From positions 1 through 56,599 of IMG/VR virus record IMGVR_UViG_3300033233_000046: 56,599 nt of DNA. One strand, 5' to 3'. Under the pieces are notes generated by a model. The model was given only the letters and a program-made list of their open reading frames with translations, was not told the origin of the DNA and ran no database searches. Origin of the DNA: a virus. Lineage: Duplodnaviria; Caudoviricetes. This document shows, in pieces, positions 46,389 through 56,061 of the stretch. The position numbers and the translations under genes are program-made. How positions within the stretch are numbered: the first letter of the stretch is position 1; the number at the start of each line of letters is the position of its first letter.

Positions 46389-47882
46389 ATGAACAAGATT
46401 GAAAAGAAAGACACCAACAGGATTTATCAGGGCAATATCACTATCAGGAATGCCGAGGTGTGGCATGCGTTTATAAAAAAATACGATGCAATTACGGGCT
46501 ACATCGACATGCGGGGCTGCACAGGACTCACCTCTATCACATTCCCAGATAAGGTGATGGGCTCCATCGACATGCAGGGCTGCACAGGACTCACCTCTGT
46601 CACATTCCCGGATAAGGTGATGGGCTCCATCGACATGCAGGGCTGCACAGGACTCACCTCTATCACATTCCCAGATAAGGTGACGGGCTCCATCTACATG
46701 CATGGCTGCACAGGACTCACCTCTATCACATTCCCGGATAAGGTGATGGGCTCCATCGACATGCAGGGCTGCACAGGACTCACCTCTGTCACATTCCCAG
46801 ATAAGGTGACGGGCTCCATCGACATGCAGGGCTGCACAGGACTCACCTCTATCACATTCCCAGATAAGGTGACGGGCTCCATCTACATGCAGGGCTGCAC
46901 AGGACTCACCTCTATCACATTCCCGGATAAGGTGACGGACTACATCGAGATGCAGGGCTGCACAGGACTCACCTCTATCACATTCCCAGATAAGGTGACG
47001 GGCTCCATCTACATGCATGGCTGCACAGGACTCACCTCTATCACATTCCCAGATAAGGTGATGAGCTACATCGAGATGCAGGGCTGCACAGGACTCACCT
47101 CTGTCACATTCCCAGATAAGGTGATGGGCTACATCTACATGCAGGGCTGCACAGGACTCACCTCTATCACATTCCCAGATAAGGTGACGGGCTACATCGA
47201 GATGCAGGGCTGCACAGGACTCACCTCTGTCACATTCCCAGATAAGGTGATGGGCTACATCGACATGCGGGGCTGCACAGGACTCACCTCTATCACATTC
47301 CCGGATAAGGTGATGGGCTCCATCTACATGCAGGGCTGCACAGGACTCACCTCTATCACATTCCCAGATAAGGTGATGAGCTACATCTACATGCAGGGCT
47401 GCACAGGACTCACCTCTGTCACATTCCCAGATAAGGTGACGGGCTACATCTACATGGACGACCGGTGCTCAGAAGCTTTACTCTCCATGCAACACAAAAG
47501 GATCATATACCGCATTAGCGCAGTGCAGTTCAACAGGGATCTCTTCGATAAAGTACGTCACGATGACCTCTCTGCCCAGGAAGTCTTCTCGATCACCAAT
47601 ATGGAACAGCGCCGAATCGCCTATGAGCGCATGGACAAGATCAAGATGAAAGACATGCCTGGCTTTAAGACGCTCCACGAGGTTGCCGATGATGGGCGCG
47701 GTTATCCAATGAAGGTTGTGAGCTTCACAGTGGAGGGCTACAACGAACCATTCAAGTTCCTGAACTGTTTTTGTCCGTCAACGGGGAGGGAATACTTTTT
47801 GGAGACAAAACAGGATACGTGTGAGGTTGCGAAGGCGAAGAGTTTTGGTTTCGACAGACTGACGTTCGATGAGGAGTATTAA
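46389..47882 (+). CDS. Leucine-rich-repeat protein with DUF6745-like C-terminus
   Basis: 15 x 21-aa xxxIxMxGCTGLTS(I/V)TFPDKV; C-terminal NMEQRRIA and CPSTGREYFL. Confidence 0.85.
   Translation: MNKIEKKDTNRIYQGNITIRNAEVWHAFIKKYDAITGYIDMRGCTGLTSITFPDKVMGSIDMQGCTGLTSVTFPDKVMGSIDMQGCTGLTSITFPDKVTGSIYMHGCTGLTSITFPDKVMGSIDMQGCTGLTSVTFPDKVTGSIDMQGCTGLTSITFPDKVTGSIYMQGCTGLTSITFPDKVTDYIEMQGCTGLTSITFPDKVTGSIYMHGCTGLTSITFPDKVMSYIEMQGCTGLTSVTFPDKVMGYIYMQGCTGLTSITFPDKVTGYIEMQGCTGLTSVTFPDKVMGYIDMRGCTGLTSITFPDKVMGSIYMQGCTGLTSITFPDKVMSYIYMQGCTGLTSVTFPDKVTGYIYMDDRCSEALLSMQHKRIIYRISAVQFNRDLFDKVRHDDLSAQEVFSITNMEQRRIAYERMDKIKMKDMPGFKTLHEVADDGRGYPMKVVSFTVEGYNEPFKFLNCFCPSTGREYFLETKQDTCEVAKAKSFGFDRLTFDEEY
46494..47456 (+). 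repeat. 15.3 x 63-bp coding tandem array
   Basis: Units read directly; 10 of 63 positions vary. Confidence 0.97.
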
Positions 47883-47884
47883 CC

Positions 47885-48148
47885 ATGACAAAGAAAGAAT
47901 TGGCAAGAGCAGCGGCAATGATAGCCGGCGTGACCCAGGCGAAGGCAGAAGAGATCGAAGAGGCAATCTTCGATGGCATAACAGACTCTCTCAGGCGCGG
48001 TGAGAAGGTCGAGATCAGAGGCTTCGGGACCTTCAAAGTGAAGAACAGTCCCGCCAGGATGGGCAGGAACCCGAAGACGGGGGCAGAGGTACAGATCCCG
48101 GCGCGGAAGAAAGTCGTCTTTAAGGCGTCGAAAGAGATGGGGGTATAG
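47885..48148 (+). CDS. HU/IHF-family DNA-binding protein
   Basis: MTKKEL, GEKVEIRGFGTF, RMGRNPKTG, IPARKKVVFKAS. Confidence 0.95.
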   Translation: MTKKELARAAAMIAGVTQAKAEEIEEAIFDGITDSLRRGEKVEIRGFGTFKVKNSPARMGRNPKTGAEVQIPARKKVVFKASKEMGV

Positions 48149-48445
48149 GGATGGAAAATGGAGAAGTAATAACAATCAAAGGCTCTGGTGAACTTCAGCC
48201 TAGCGGTGCGGCGGCTGACGACCAAATCGAAATGATTGCGGCGAAGGTGGAGATGTGGAAAGGAGAGTGAAATGATTTATCAAGACAAACTAAATAAGGC
48301 GTTGAAGTTGAGGGAAATCCTCTTGACCGAGGATACACGTATTTTATTAATAATCGTAGCGGTAGTTATGGCCTTCACATGCGGGCTACTTGTTGGAATT
48401 GCCGGACGATAGAACAATGCCCGAAGGGGCACAGGGAGAGATCAG

Positions 48446-48808
48446 GTGACACCTAAAAAAGCAATCCATAACGAATGTTGTTGGTGCATGAATACACAAA
48501 GGTTTAATGGATGTAGCAGCGATGTTTGTAAATTGAACTATATTTCAATGACTTACGTTCAAAGGATTAAGGCTAATTGTCTCACTTGCTGCCCTGAACA
48601 GTCCATATTCGGGGTGCAAGGTTGTGACGGAAAAATAAGCAACTTCAATCAAGGACGTATTTGTCCCCTTCATCCCTTCCGGTTGGGCAAGAATCCTTCA
48701 AGAGTCGCAGCGGGTAAGATGGCTTTAACTGATAAATTAGCCTCTTTCCAGTTCAAGAAGGGGGACAGTAAGGGTCAAGGCAAAATAGAGGTCAAAAAGG
48801 GGGTCTAA
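48446..48808 (+). CDS. Cys-rich putative Zn-binding protein
   Basis: Duplicated IxxxCxxC units; CPLHPFRLGKNP. Confidence 0.65.
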   Translation: MTPKKAIHNECCWCMNTQRFNGCSSDVCKLNYISMTYVQRIKANCLTCCPEQSIFGVQGCDGKISNFNQGRICPLHPFRLGKNPSRVAAGKMALTDKLASFQFKKGDSKGQGKIEVKKGV

Positions 48809-48835
48809 GGCCGAAAGCCTGAAAGGAGGGAAAGC

Positions 48836-49024
48836 ATGAAGATAGGGAAATTGGGCAGACGTTATTTATACGTTATCTGGAGCGATAGGGAACTCGATGC
48901 TGAGAAGCTCAAGGGCTTATCATCGGGGGAGGTTCATTTAAGGAAGAGACCAATGAGACATGGGAAGAAGATTCCAGAAGCTTTGGGACTTCCACGTTAC
49001 ACAACAAACGATCCGAGAGATTGA
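48836..49024 (+). CDS. Hypothetical protein
   Basis: AGGAGG RBS. Confidence 0.55.
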   Translation: MKIGKLGRRYLYVIWSDRELDAEKLKGLSSGEVHLRKRPMRHGKKIPEALGLPRYTTNDPRD

Positions 49025-49040
49025 GGGAGGAAAGGGAAAA

Positions 49041-49958
49041 ATGAGTAATGGAGAGATGGTAGTCAGAGGGGAAGATGTCCCTGCGATAGCAGACGATTTT
49101 CTTATTCAGGTAGCAGATCAGGCTGAGAAGAGAATTGATGCGGTTATCAAGATCAAACGGGTTGCCCTGAAGGTGACGAATGCGCGGGACTGGACAGATC
49201 AGAACGGGAATCCTTATTTACAAGTTTCCGGGAGTGAGAAGATAGCGAATCTGTTCAACATCTCATGGCGCATAGAAGAACCGCGTTATGAGGAAGAACC
49301 AGATGGACACTTTACGTACTCGTTCAAGGGTGAATTTAGTCTCGGAGGCCGCAGGATTGAATGTGAAGGAACACGGTCAAGCAAGGACACCTTCTTCAAT
49401 AAGTATGAATGGAAAGGGGACGAAGGTAAAAAAGTGAAGGTTACCTTGCCGCCCTCTGCCATTGACAAGGGGGACGTGAAGAAGGCTGCACTAACAAACC
49501 TCTTTGGGAATGGTATTACCCGTATCCTCGGTATCCGCAATCTCACATGGGAAGACATCAAGGAATTCGCGGGGATTACGAAGGATCAGGTTGTATCAGT
49601 TAAATATAAAAAGGATGGGGAGAAGCCTCCTATTACTACCCCCCAGGCAAAGAGCGCACCAGCGATCAATGACCTTGGCGATCCCGCGCCCGATGCAGAC
49701 GGTAATTTCTCTGTAGATTCCGTTGTCCATAGCGTAGAGCAGAAGAAAGGGGAAAAGGATAATAAACCGTGGACAAAATACTTCGTCAGCGCAGGCGGTG
49801 AGAAGTTCAGCACCTTCGATAAAAAAATAGCGGAGGTGGCAAAAGCATCCAGTGACATGAGCATTGTTGCCACTATCATATACAAAAAAACTCAATACGG
49901 CAACGAGATTGTGTCGCTCACAGTACCGGAAGAGCGGTTGCCGGGAGTAGATGGGTAA
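49041..49958 (+). CDS. Putative single-strand annealing protein with OB-like C-terminal domain
   Basis: PYLQVSGSEKI, KKAALTN motifs; beside nuclease in a recombination module. Confidence 0.6.
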   Translation: MSNGEMVVRGEDVPAIADDFLIQVADQAEKRIDAVIKIKRVALKVTNARDWTDQNGNPYLQVSGSEKIANLFNISWRIEEPRYEEEPDGHFTYSFKGEFSLGGRRIECEGTRSSKDTFFNKYEWKGDEGKKVKVTLPPSAIDKGDVKKAALTNLFGNGITRILGIRNLTWEDIKEFAGITKDQVVSVKYKKDGEKPPITTPQAKSAPAINDLGDPAPDADGNFSVDSVVHSVEQKKGEKDNKPWTKYFVSAGGEKFSTFDKKIAEVAKASSDMSIVATIIYKKTQYGNEIVSLTVPEERLPGVDG

Positions 49959-49998
49959 TATGGACGTAATAACCGTCGTCATGCGGAGATGAAACAGA

Positions 49999-50610
49999 AT
50001 GGATAGCCTAGTATTTGAAGCTAAAACACATATTTATACTCTTCAGCCTTCCGGGCAAGTGATACCGAGTGTCACGCAAATTATCGAGGCACGATACTTT
50101 TGTGATCCATGGTATGCAGAAAAAGGTAAGGCGATTCACCGAATGGTAGAGCTATACCTGAACGATGACCTTCTCGAAGACTCTATCAGCCCTCAAGAAG
50201 GCGGTTTTGACCTGAGGCCGTACCTTGAGGCATTCAAGCTGTTTCAGGCAGAGGCTCCGCATGTGCGAGGGGTCATAGATGTGAAATCGGGGCAGATGGA
50301 GAAATGGCATTTTTTGCAAGTTTGCGCTTACCGGGAACTATGGCTTAACGGCGTCGATGAGCATGGGAAGCCACTGAGGGAAACGAGAAAGGGGACAGAG
50401 GTAAGGGGCTATTCCCCATTATGGCGGTATAGCGGAACGGTTGATATTATTGACATCCCTGAGAGGGAGGACTATCCAGAAGCTCACGTCCTTTATCTCA
50501 AAGACAACGGCAAATATAAAATCGAACCTGTCCGGGATGTGAGGATTCATACGCAAAAGTTCCTCACGCTTGTCTCGGCAGCGGTTATACGGTTGGATTA
50601 TGGAATCTGA
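49999..50610 (+). CDS. PD-(D/E)XK (Cas4/lambda-exo-like) nuclease with permuted motif order
   Basis: PSVTQII, GKAIH, IDVKSG, LQVCAY, YSGTVD. Confidence 0.75.
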   Translation: MDSLVFEAKTHIYTLQPSGQVIPSVTQIIEARYFCDPWYAEKGKAIHRMVELYLNDDLLEDSISPQEGGFDLRPYLEAFKLFQAEAPHVRGVIDVKSGQMEKWHFLQVCAYRELWLNGVDEHGKPLRETRKGTEVRGYSPLWRYSGTVDIIDIPEREDYPEAHVLYLKDNGKYKIEPVRDVRIHTQKFLTLVSAAVIRLDYGI

Positions 50611-50654
50611 AGAAAGATTGAGAAGGAAAACCATTATTTCCAAAGGAGGCATAA

Positions 50655-51338
50655 ATGGAATCTGAAGTCATTGAATCACCCGAACTAGAACGGGCGATAG
50701 TCACAACGAACATAGATGCTCTAGCCATCAAGGTTACTGACCCAGTGAGTTATGAACAAGCGGCTATGGTATGGCGGGGGTTCAAGGACCTTGAGAAACA
50801 GATAAGAGAGAAGTTCGCAGGGCCTAAGAAAAAAGCTTTTGATGCCCATAAAGCACTAACAAAATGGGAAGCGGAAGAATTATCAAAACTGAATCCTGGC
50901 CTTGAATGGCTGAACCGGGGAATGACGGCATGGCGCAAGGTTGAGGAAGAGAAGCGGAGAGAAGAGGAAGCCCGGTTGAGGGCAGAAGCTATGAAGCGTG
51001 AGGAAGAGGAACGTTTACAGGCAGCGATTGAAGCAGAGGCCGCAGGAGAGAAGGAAGAGGCGGCAGCGATCCTTGAGACGCCCGTTTTCGTGCCTTCTCC
51101 GGTTGTCCCCTCGTCAGCCCCCAAAGTTGCAGGGGTAGCTATGGCGGTTACGTGGAAATGCCGCGTAATTGACTTTATGACGCTCGTTAAGGCGGTTGCA
51201 GCTGGTCAAGCACCCCAGATGTGTCTTATGCCCGATCAGCAGTTCCTAGACCATCAGGCGAGGGCAGGAAAGGGCACTATCACCTATCCCGGCGTGGAGA
51301 TTATCAAAGAGGAGGGAATGCGGGGGGTGAGGAAATAA
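50655..51338 (+). CDS. Coiled-coil protein of the recombination module
   Basis: AGGAGG RBS; E/A/R-rich coil; YPGVEI C-terminus. Confidence 0.7.
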   Translation: MESEVIESPELERAIVTTNIDALAIKVTDPVSYEQAAMVWRGFKDLEKQIREKFAGPKKKAFDAHKALTKWEAEELSKLNPGLEWLNRGMTAWRKVEEEKRREEEARLRAEAMKREEEERLQAAIEAEAAGEKEEAAAILETPVFVPSPVVPSSAPKVAGVAMAVTWKCRVIDFMTLVKAVAAGQAPQMCLMPDQQFLDHQARAGKGTITYPGVEIIKEEGMRGVRK

Positions 51339-51511
51339 TGGAAATCAGATGTTTAAAATGCGGATGGGAAGGAGATAGCAGAGAACTTATATGTAACAGG
51401 GAGGACAGTAAAAGTAATAAGCCGACAAATGAAATTAAGTTCAATATTTGTCCTCAATGCGACACGGTTGATAATTTTGAGGATGCAGATTATGAAGAGG
51501 AGGAAGAATGA
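51338..51511 (+). CDS. Small zinc-ribbon protein
   Basis: CLKCGWEG...CPQC; coupled start. Confidence 0.6.
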   Translation: MEIRCLKCGWEGDSRELICNREDSKSNKPTNEIKFNICPQCDTVDNFEDADYEEEEE

Positions 51512-51750
51512 CATGCACTCTCATCATACCGGATAAGCCCCTTAATCCTTCCAGTGCGGGGACTGAGGATAAGGAAATACCGGCAGAGGTAAAGAGAATC
51601 GCAGTTCATAGGAATTTCGCTAATTGCAGGGGGTGTGAACATAATGAGGGGTGCAGTGGCCGCTCTGAGAAACCCATTGACATCCCCGGAGAAGTCTGAA
51701 ATACTATGAGCGTGAGCGTTAGAATGAGTGATATAATCCTCTTAACCAAT

Positions 51751-51817
51751 GACCGGATAACTGCGTCTGTAGGGGGGTGTCACTCCCCCGCTCACAACTA
51801 TGGGCCGTTGTCCGGTC
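51751..51817 (+). promoter_or_regulatory. Structured leader before replication genes
   Basis: 11-bp stem GACCGGATAAC/GTTGTCCGGTC with inner G-rich/C-rich hairpin; TGATATAAT at 51729-51737. Confidence 0.5.
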
Positions 51818-51838
51818 TTTCGTTTCTAGGAGAATCAT

Positions 51839-52168
51839 TTGCTTATCTGTCCGAAGTGCTTTAAAAAACAGTCTGAGACAGAAGCATTAGTGAACAAGAA
51901 CCCGCTTCCGAGTGGTGGTTATCATCTTATTGCGCGATGTTGCCAATGCAATGCCTTTTTAAAAAACCTACCCCACTCAGAAGGATCAAATAAACTCTAT
52001 TTTGGTAAACACAAGGGAAAATTCATTTCAGAAGTAGCCAAAACGGATTATGGCTATTTAGAATGGCTATTATCTCAAGACATCAAAGAATCATTAAAAC
52101 AAAAAATACATGAGGGGTTAAAAAAAGAAAATGCCAGACTTCTTGAAGTCGGCCTTGATATATCTTAA
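51839..52168 (+). CDS. Zn-finger plus ExoX-C/DUF3820-like domain protein
   Basis: CPKC..CQC; FGKHKGKFISEV...YLEWL. Confidence 0.7.
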   Translation: MLICPKCFKKQSETEALVNKNPLPSGGYHLIARCCQCNAFLKNLPHSEGSNKLYFGKHKGKFISEVAKTDYGYLEWLLSQDIKESLKQKIHEGLKKENARLLEVGLDIS

Positions 52169-53747
52169 CCAGCTACATTATTCCGTGTTCCCTGTCGGAC
52201 TGGATAAAAAAGCGCTTATTAAATGGGAACCATATCAAAAAAAACTTCCCACTGAAGCTGAAGTCCGAGAATGGTGGTCAAAATGGCCTACTGCCAATAT
52301 TGCAATTGCTACTGGATTAATTTCTAATGTCTGCGTAATAGACCTTGATGAAGTTGAACTGGCAAAAGAAGCACTCGGAACACTCATCCCCGATAGTATC
52401 ATATTCCCAATAGCTAAAACACCCTCCGGCGGAGAGCATTGGTACTTCGCCTGTACTGATGGGAATTTAAGAAACAATGCACGGATAGTTCCAGGTGCTG
52501 ACCTCCGGGCAAATGGCGGTTATGTGGTAGCTCCTCCGAGTGTTAATGGCAACGGCAATGCTTGGAAATGGCATGGTGATCTGAAACCAACAAAAGTTGT
52601 ATTGCCTTTTTTACCTATTGCATATAAAGAGTATTTAAGTATTAATGCATTATATAAGGGGGGTGTAGACAAACCAGTGTCTACAACTGTCTACAGTATG
52701 TTTCAAAAGGGTAGACGGGATGAGGACCTTTTCCACGTGGCTAATTGTTTGGTCAAAGGTAAGATGCCAAAGGTAGAGATTACTCAAGTGCTTGAAAAAA
52801 TAGCATTATCATGTAACCCACCTTTTGATTTGAAAGACATTCCGGTAAAAATTGAGAGTGCTTTAAAACGTTCTCATGCCCGAACTTCTAATCTTTCGGA
52901 CGAGGTCGAGGCGTGGATTTTGTCTACAACTGGCAACTTTTTGTCTACAGAAGTCTACAAGGTTCTACAACTGTCTACAAGAGATGAGCACAAGAATGTG
53001 TCAATAATACTGAAAAGGCTTATGGATAAGGGAGTTATCGAAAAATGGGGGGATAAGAACGGGTCATGGCGGGTTATTGATAACGAGGCTCAGACAATTG
53101 ATTGGTATAATTCACAGGTAAAGGCTTTTGACATCAAATGGCCTATGGGTATTGAGGATTTTGTTTTGACAATGCCTAAGAATATTATTGTTGTAGCTGG
53201 CAGTCCGAATGCCGGGAAAACAGCTTTCCTGCTTAATGTGATTGCAATGAACATGGGTGGTAAACTACCTATTCATTACTTTTCCTCTGAGATGGGATCT
53301 ATGGAACTTAAAGGTCGCTTGCAAAAATTCGACTTGCCACTAGAAAAATGGCGTTTTACCGCAAAGGAACGATCATCTAACTTTGATGATGTAATTCAAC
53401 CCGACGATATAAATATCATTGATTTTTTAGAATTATCTGATAAGTTCTACATTGTAGGCGGTATTTTAAAATCCATATTCGATAAACTCAGGAACGGGAT
53501 AGCTATCATTGCGTTGCAGAAAAACCCAGGGGCTAGTATGGCGAGGGGGGGAGTGGGGACCTTAGAAAAACCACGGCTTTATATCACAATAGATTCAGGA
53601 CTGCTCAAAATCGAAAAAGGCAAGAACTGGAAAAATCCTGAAAGAAATCCTAATGGTTTACAGATCAGATTTAAGCTTGTCCAGGGGGCTAAGTTTATGC
53701 CACAAGATGACTGGCAATATGATCCGAAAAAGGAGGTATTGCGATGA
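52131..53747 (+). CDS. Bifunctional primase-polymerase fused to RecA-like helicase
   Basis: NIAIATG, VIDLD, TPSGGEHWYF, GGYVVAPPS, PriCT-like GRRDEDL, Walker A GSPNAGKT, YFSSE, IIDFL. Confidence 0.9.
   Translation: MPDFLKSALIYLNQLHYSVFPVGLDKKALIKWEPYQKKLPTEAEVREWWSKWPTANIAIATGLISNVCVIDLDEVELAKEALGTLIPDSIIFPIAKTPSGGEHWYFACTDGNLRNNARIVPGADLRANGGYVVAPPSVNGNGNAWKWHGDLKPTKVVLPFLPIAYKEYLSINALYKGGVDKPVSTTVYSMFQKGRRDEDLFHVANCLVKGKMPKVEITQVLEKIALSCNPPFDLKDIPVKIESALKRSHARTSNLSDEVEAWILSTTGNFLSTEVYKVLQLSTRDEHKNVSIILKRLMDKGVIEKWGDKNGSWRVIDNEAQTIDWYNSQVKAFDIKWPMGIEDFVLTMPKNIIVVAGSPNAGKTAFLLNVIAMNMGGKLPIHYFSSEMGSMELKGRLQKFDLPLEKWRFTAKERSSNFDDVIQPDDINIIDFLELSDKFYIVGGILKSIFDKLRNGIAIIALQKNPGASMARGGVGTLEKPRLYITIDSGLLKIEKGKNWKNPERNPNGLQIRFKLVQGAKFMPQDDWQYDPKKEVLR
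52620..52980. other. Putative replication origin (GTCTACA iterons plus AT-rich tract) inside the primase gene
   Basis: GTCTACA at 52679, 52689, 52922, 52943, 52953, 52973, TTCTACA 52963, inverted copy 52664-52670; AT-rich 52620-52657. Confidence 0.7.
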
Positions 53748-53882
53748 GCACATTCAAACGGATTTGGATTGAGTACGAGGACGAGAAGGGAGATATTTAT
53801 CTGGTTCCGGCATCGAATGAAGAAGTAAAAACAATTCTTTATGAACTTACTGATATTCTGTCATTGCAAAAAAGGTAGGGGC

Positions 53883-54086
53883 ATGAGCAAATATACTTTC
53901 TTGATTTTAGGTGATCCCATAGCACAGGGCAGACCTCGTTTTACACGGTCTGGACATACGTATAATCCTAAGCGGTCTAAGGACTGGAAGAACGAGATTA
54001 AACGCCAGATGTTAAGGAAAAAGCCAAAAGTGCTTTTAGGCTCCCTATTTATGGTGCTTCAATTCGCGCTGAGAAGGCCTAAGAGC
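53883..54086 (+). pseudogene. Second RusA-like gene truncated at IS junction
   Basis: GDPIAQGRPRF...RRPKS then IS sequence; catalytic KPDxDN region absent. Confidence 0.75.
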
Positions 54087-54355
54087 GTTGGTAGGCAACG
54101 ACAACTGTGTTAGGTTTGATGGCCTAATCCTTCAAATCCCCCCCGATCGGTATCGATATCACTACGTCAGGGTAAAGGTCCGGGTCCATCGGTATCCTGA
54201 TGGTCGTCTCTCGCTGTTTCATGGCCCCCGAAAACTGGCAACTTACGATACCAAAGAGAAGGAGATTTTGGCTCGTGCACAGATTGCCGCGTAACGTTAA
54301 CAGGGGGAGCCTTGTTTCATGCGCTCCCCCACTACAGACCGGACAATTAATTTGC
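54087..54355 (+). mobile_element. ISNCY transposase C-terminal fragment and partial right end
   Basis: VGNDNCVRFDGLILQIPPDRYRYHYVRVKVRVHRYPDG; hairpin 54303-54330; ACCGGACAATTAATTTGC subterminal-repeat-like sequence. Confidence 0.8.
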
Positions 54356-54546
54356 GCATTGCAATCTGCAAAATGACCACTGCAAAATAACATGATGTAA
54401 GTCAGTGAATTTATTTATAGTTTTTAATGTGGGGCATTCTGCCTTAGCAAAATCCAAATGTTTAGTAACGATATTTATAAATCGAGGTTTTGGAGGAATC
54501 GTTTAAAATCGAGGTGATAATATTTATTTTGGGGAACTGGCATAAC

Positions 54547-54562
54547 TGGCACGGGGCTTGCT
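54547..54562 (+). promoter_or_regulatory. sigma54 (-24/-12) promoter
   Basis: TGGCAC-GGGGC-TTGCT matches TGGCAC-N5-TTGCW; near-consensus IHF site 54480-54492. Confidence 0.75.
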
Positions 54563-54626
54563 CTTATAGGGGTAGATCAAAAGAGCCTGCGGGTGCCTGT
54601 GAGAGGCCGGGGCAAGGAGGAGTAAA

Positions 54627-54884
54627 ATGAGAGACATCAGGATCAACAATTACGGTATGAGACTTACAACAGATCACCCCGCATCGTCGTACGGTATCCC
54701 TGTATTAGTGGATGAGCAGGGGCAGGCATACGGTCCCGCCGACAATATCTTAGGCGATATTGTTACCACCATATTTGGCCCCACAACAGGAGCCGACATT
54801 GTGACGGGAGCAATGCCAACCAGCAAGACGGAGGCCAACAGAGACATATGGGAGCCGATGGAGAGATACCTAGCAAGAGAGTAA
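54627..54884 (+). CDS. Hypothetical protein
   Basis: AAGGAGGAG RBS; LTTDHPASSYGIPVLV motif. Confidence 0.7.
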   Translation: MRDIRINNYGMRLTTDHPASSYGIPVLVDEQGQAYGPADNILGDIVTTIFGPTTGADIVTGAMPTSKTEANRDIWEPMERYLARE

Positions 54885-54885
54885 G

Positions 54886-56061
54886 ATGAAATACGCAGGT
54901 AAAACAATCGTAGGACTCGCGCACATGAGGGGCGCGAACGGAAACATCAAGAAACAATCTACCGCATGGCAGTACCTCCTCGGCACAATCCTCCAGGACA
55001 AAAAACCACTTGAGCAGCGCGGCACCCGCATCCATCTCGAGTATGAGATGCGTTATCCGGATCGCTCCCGCTCTTATGCACACACCCAGCGCCAGCATAC
55101 AGCCCTTGCCAAGGCAAAATATATCCGTGAGCAGTGGCTTGAGCGCATCGAGCGTAATGGCGATGCCCTCTGCCACGCTCAGGGATACAAGCTCCGCACA
55201 GAGGTCCCAGGAGAACTCCTGCCCGGACACATTAAGTATCGCAATGAGATGATCGCCAGGATCGATAAATCCTTACGGCATACCTATTCTTTATCCACGA
55301 TCCCGCGCGAGCCGCAGGATTGGAACGACCCCAACTATTACCTCTGCATAGCAGGCCGCACGATCATCCTACACCGCTCCGATAGCGCCTCATGGGATAA
55401 TCCCAAGTCCAAATGGCCGTCGAGCACCTCAGTAACCCGCACGGCATATCTTATGCGCGAGGGATGGGACGACCTCAGCAAGCCAGGATTACTCCGCAAC
55501 GCCCGATACAGCGATAGCCTCCTTGGTATGTGGAATAACGGCGAGGGGCTCCCTGAGCGTAGGATCAATTATGAGGCACGGGGTAACTGGTTGCCTAAAG
55601 TTGTTATCGCTCTCCTACAGATCGCTCCCGAGCGGCATCGGGGCCTCTCCCACATCCAGCTTGATCCTCATTATCGGATATCCCTCTCCCGCAAAATCGC
55701 AGGAATAGAAATCTGGAGGCGCACACTTGCAGGTGAGACAATAGATTACTGTGCTGTAAGAGGCAAAGACACATATCACGCCTCCACCCCACGCGCAGCG
55801 GTGCATGGCTTATCTGCTAAACTTGCAACCCCCGGCAGCCGTCGGGAGATATTGGACATGGATTATACACTCTCACTCGGCTTTTGCCGCACGGGGGTTG
55901 AACAATTTTGTGAGGACTACAATCTCGATAGCACAGCCTCTTACACCCGAGCGGAGATACAGGCGATAGTAGCACGAGGCAACGGTAAGGCCGAAAAGTA
56001 TGAGCGGGAACTGGCAAAGGCAGGTATCACAATATACAACAGAAGGGAGGGCACAACATGA
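54886..56061 (+). CDS. 391-aa hypothetical protein
   Basis: Long operonic ORF; no motif recognised. Confidence 0.75.
   Translation: MKYAGKTIVGLAHMRGANGNIKKQSTAWQYLLGTILQDKKPLEQRGTRIHLEYEMRYPDRSRSYAHTQRQHTALAKAKYIREQWLERIERNGDALCHAQGYKLRTEVPGELLPGHIKYRNEMIARIDKSLRHTYSLSTIPREPQDWNDPNYYLCIAGRTIILHRSDSASWDNPKSKWPSSTSVTRTAYLMREGWDDLSKPGLLRNARYSDSLLGMWNNGEGLPERRINYEARGNWLPKVVIALLQIAPERHRGLSHIQLDPHYRISLSRKIAGIEIWRRTLAGETIDYCAVRGKDTYHASTPRAAVHGLSAKLATPGSRREILDMDYTLSLGFCRTGVEQFCEDYNLDSTASYTRAEIQAIVARGNGKAEKYERELAKAGITIYNRREGTT

Noticed and set aside
46215-47018. Minus-strand repeat ORF and other antisense ORFs in the track
   Set aside because: Shadows of + strand genes without RBS or recognisable motifs.
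46494-47456. CRISPR array or DGR template/variable repeat
   Set aside because: Contiguous in-frame 63-bp units without unique spacers; no cas or RT gene; variation not adenine-specific.
49999-50610. CRISPR-associated Cas4
   Set aside because: No Fe-S cysteine set and no cas context; sits in a recombination module.
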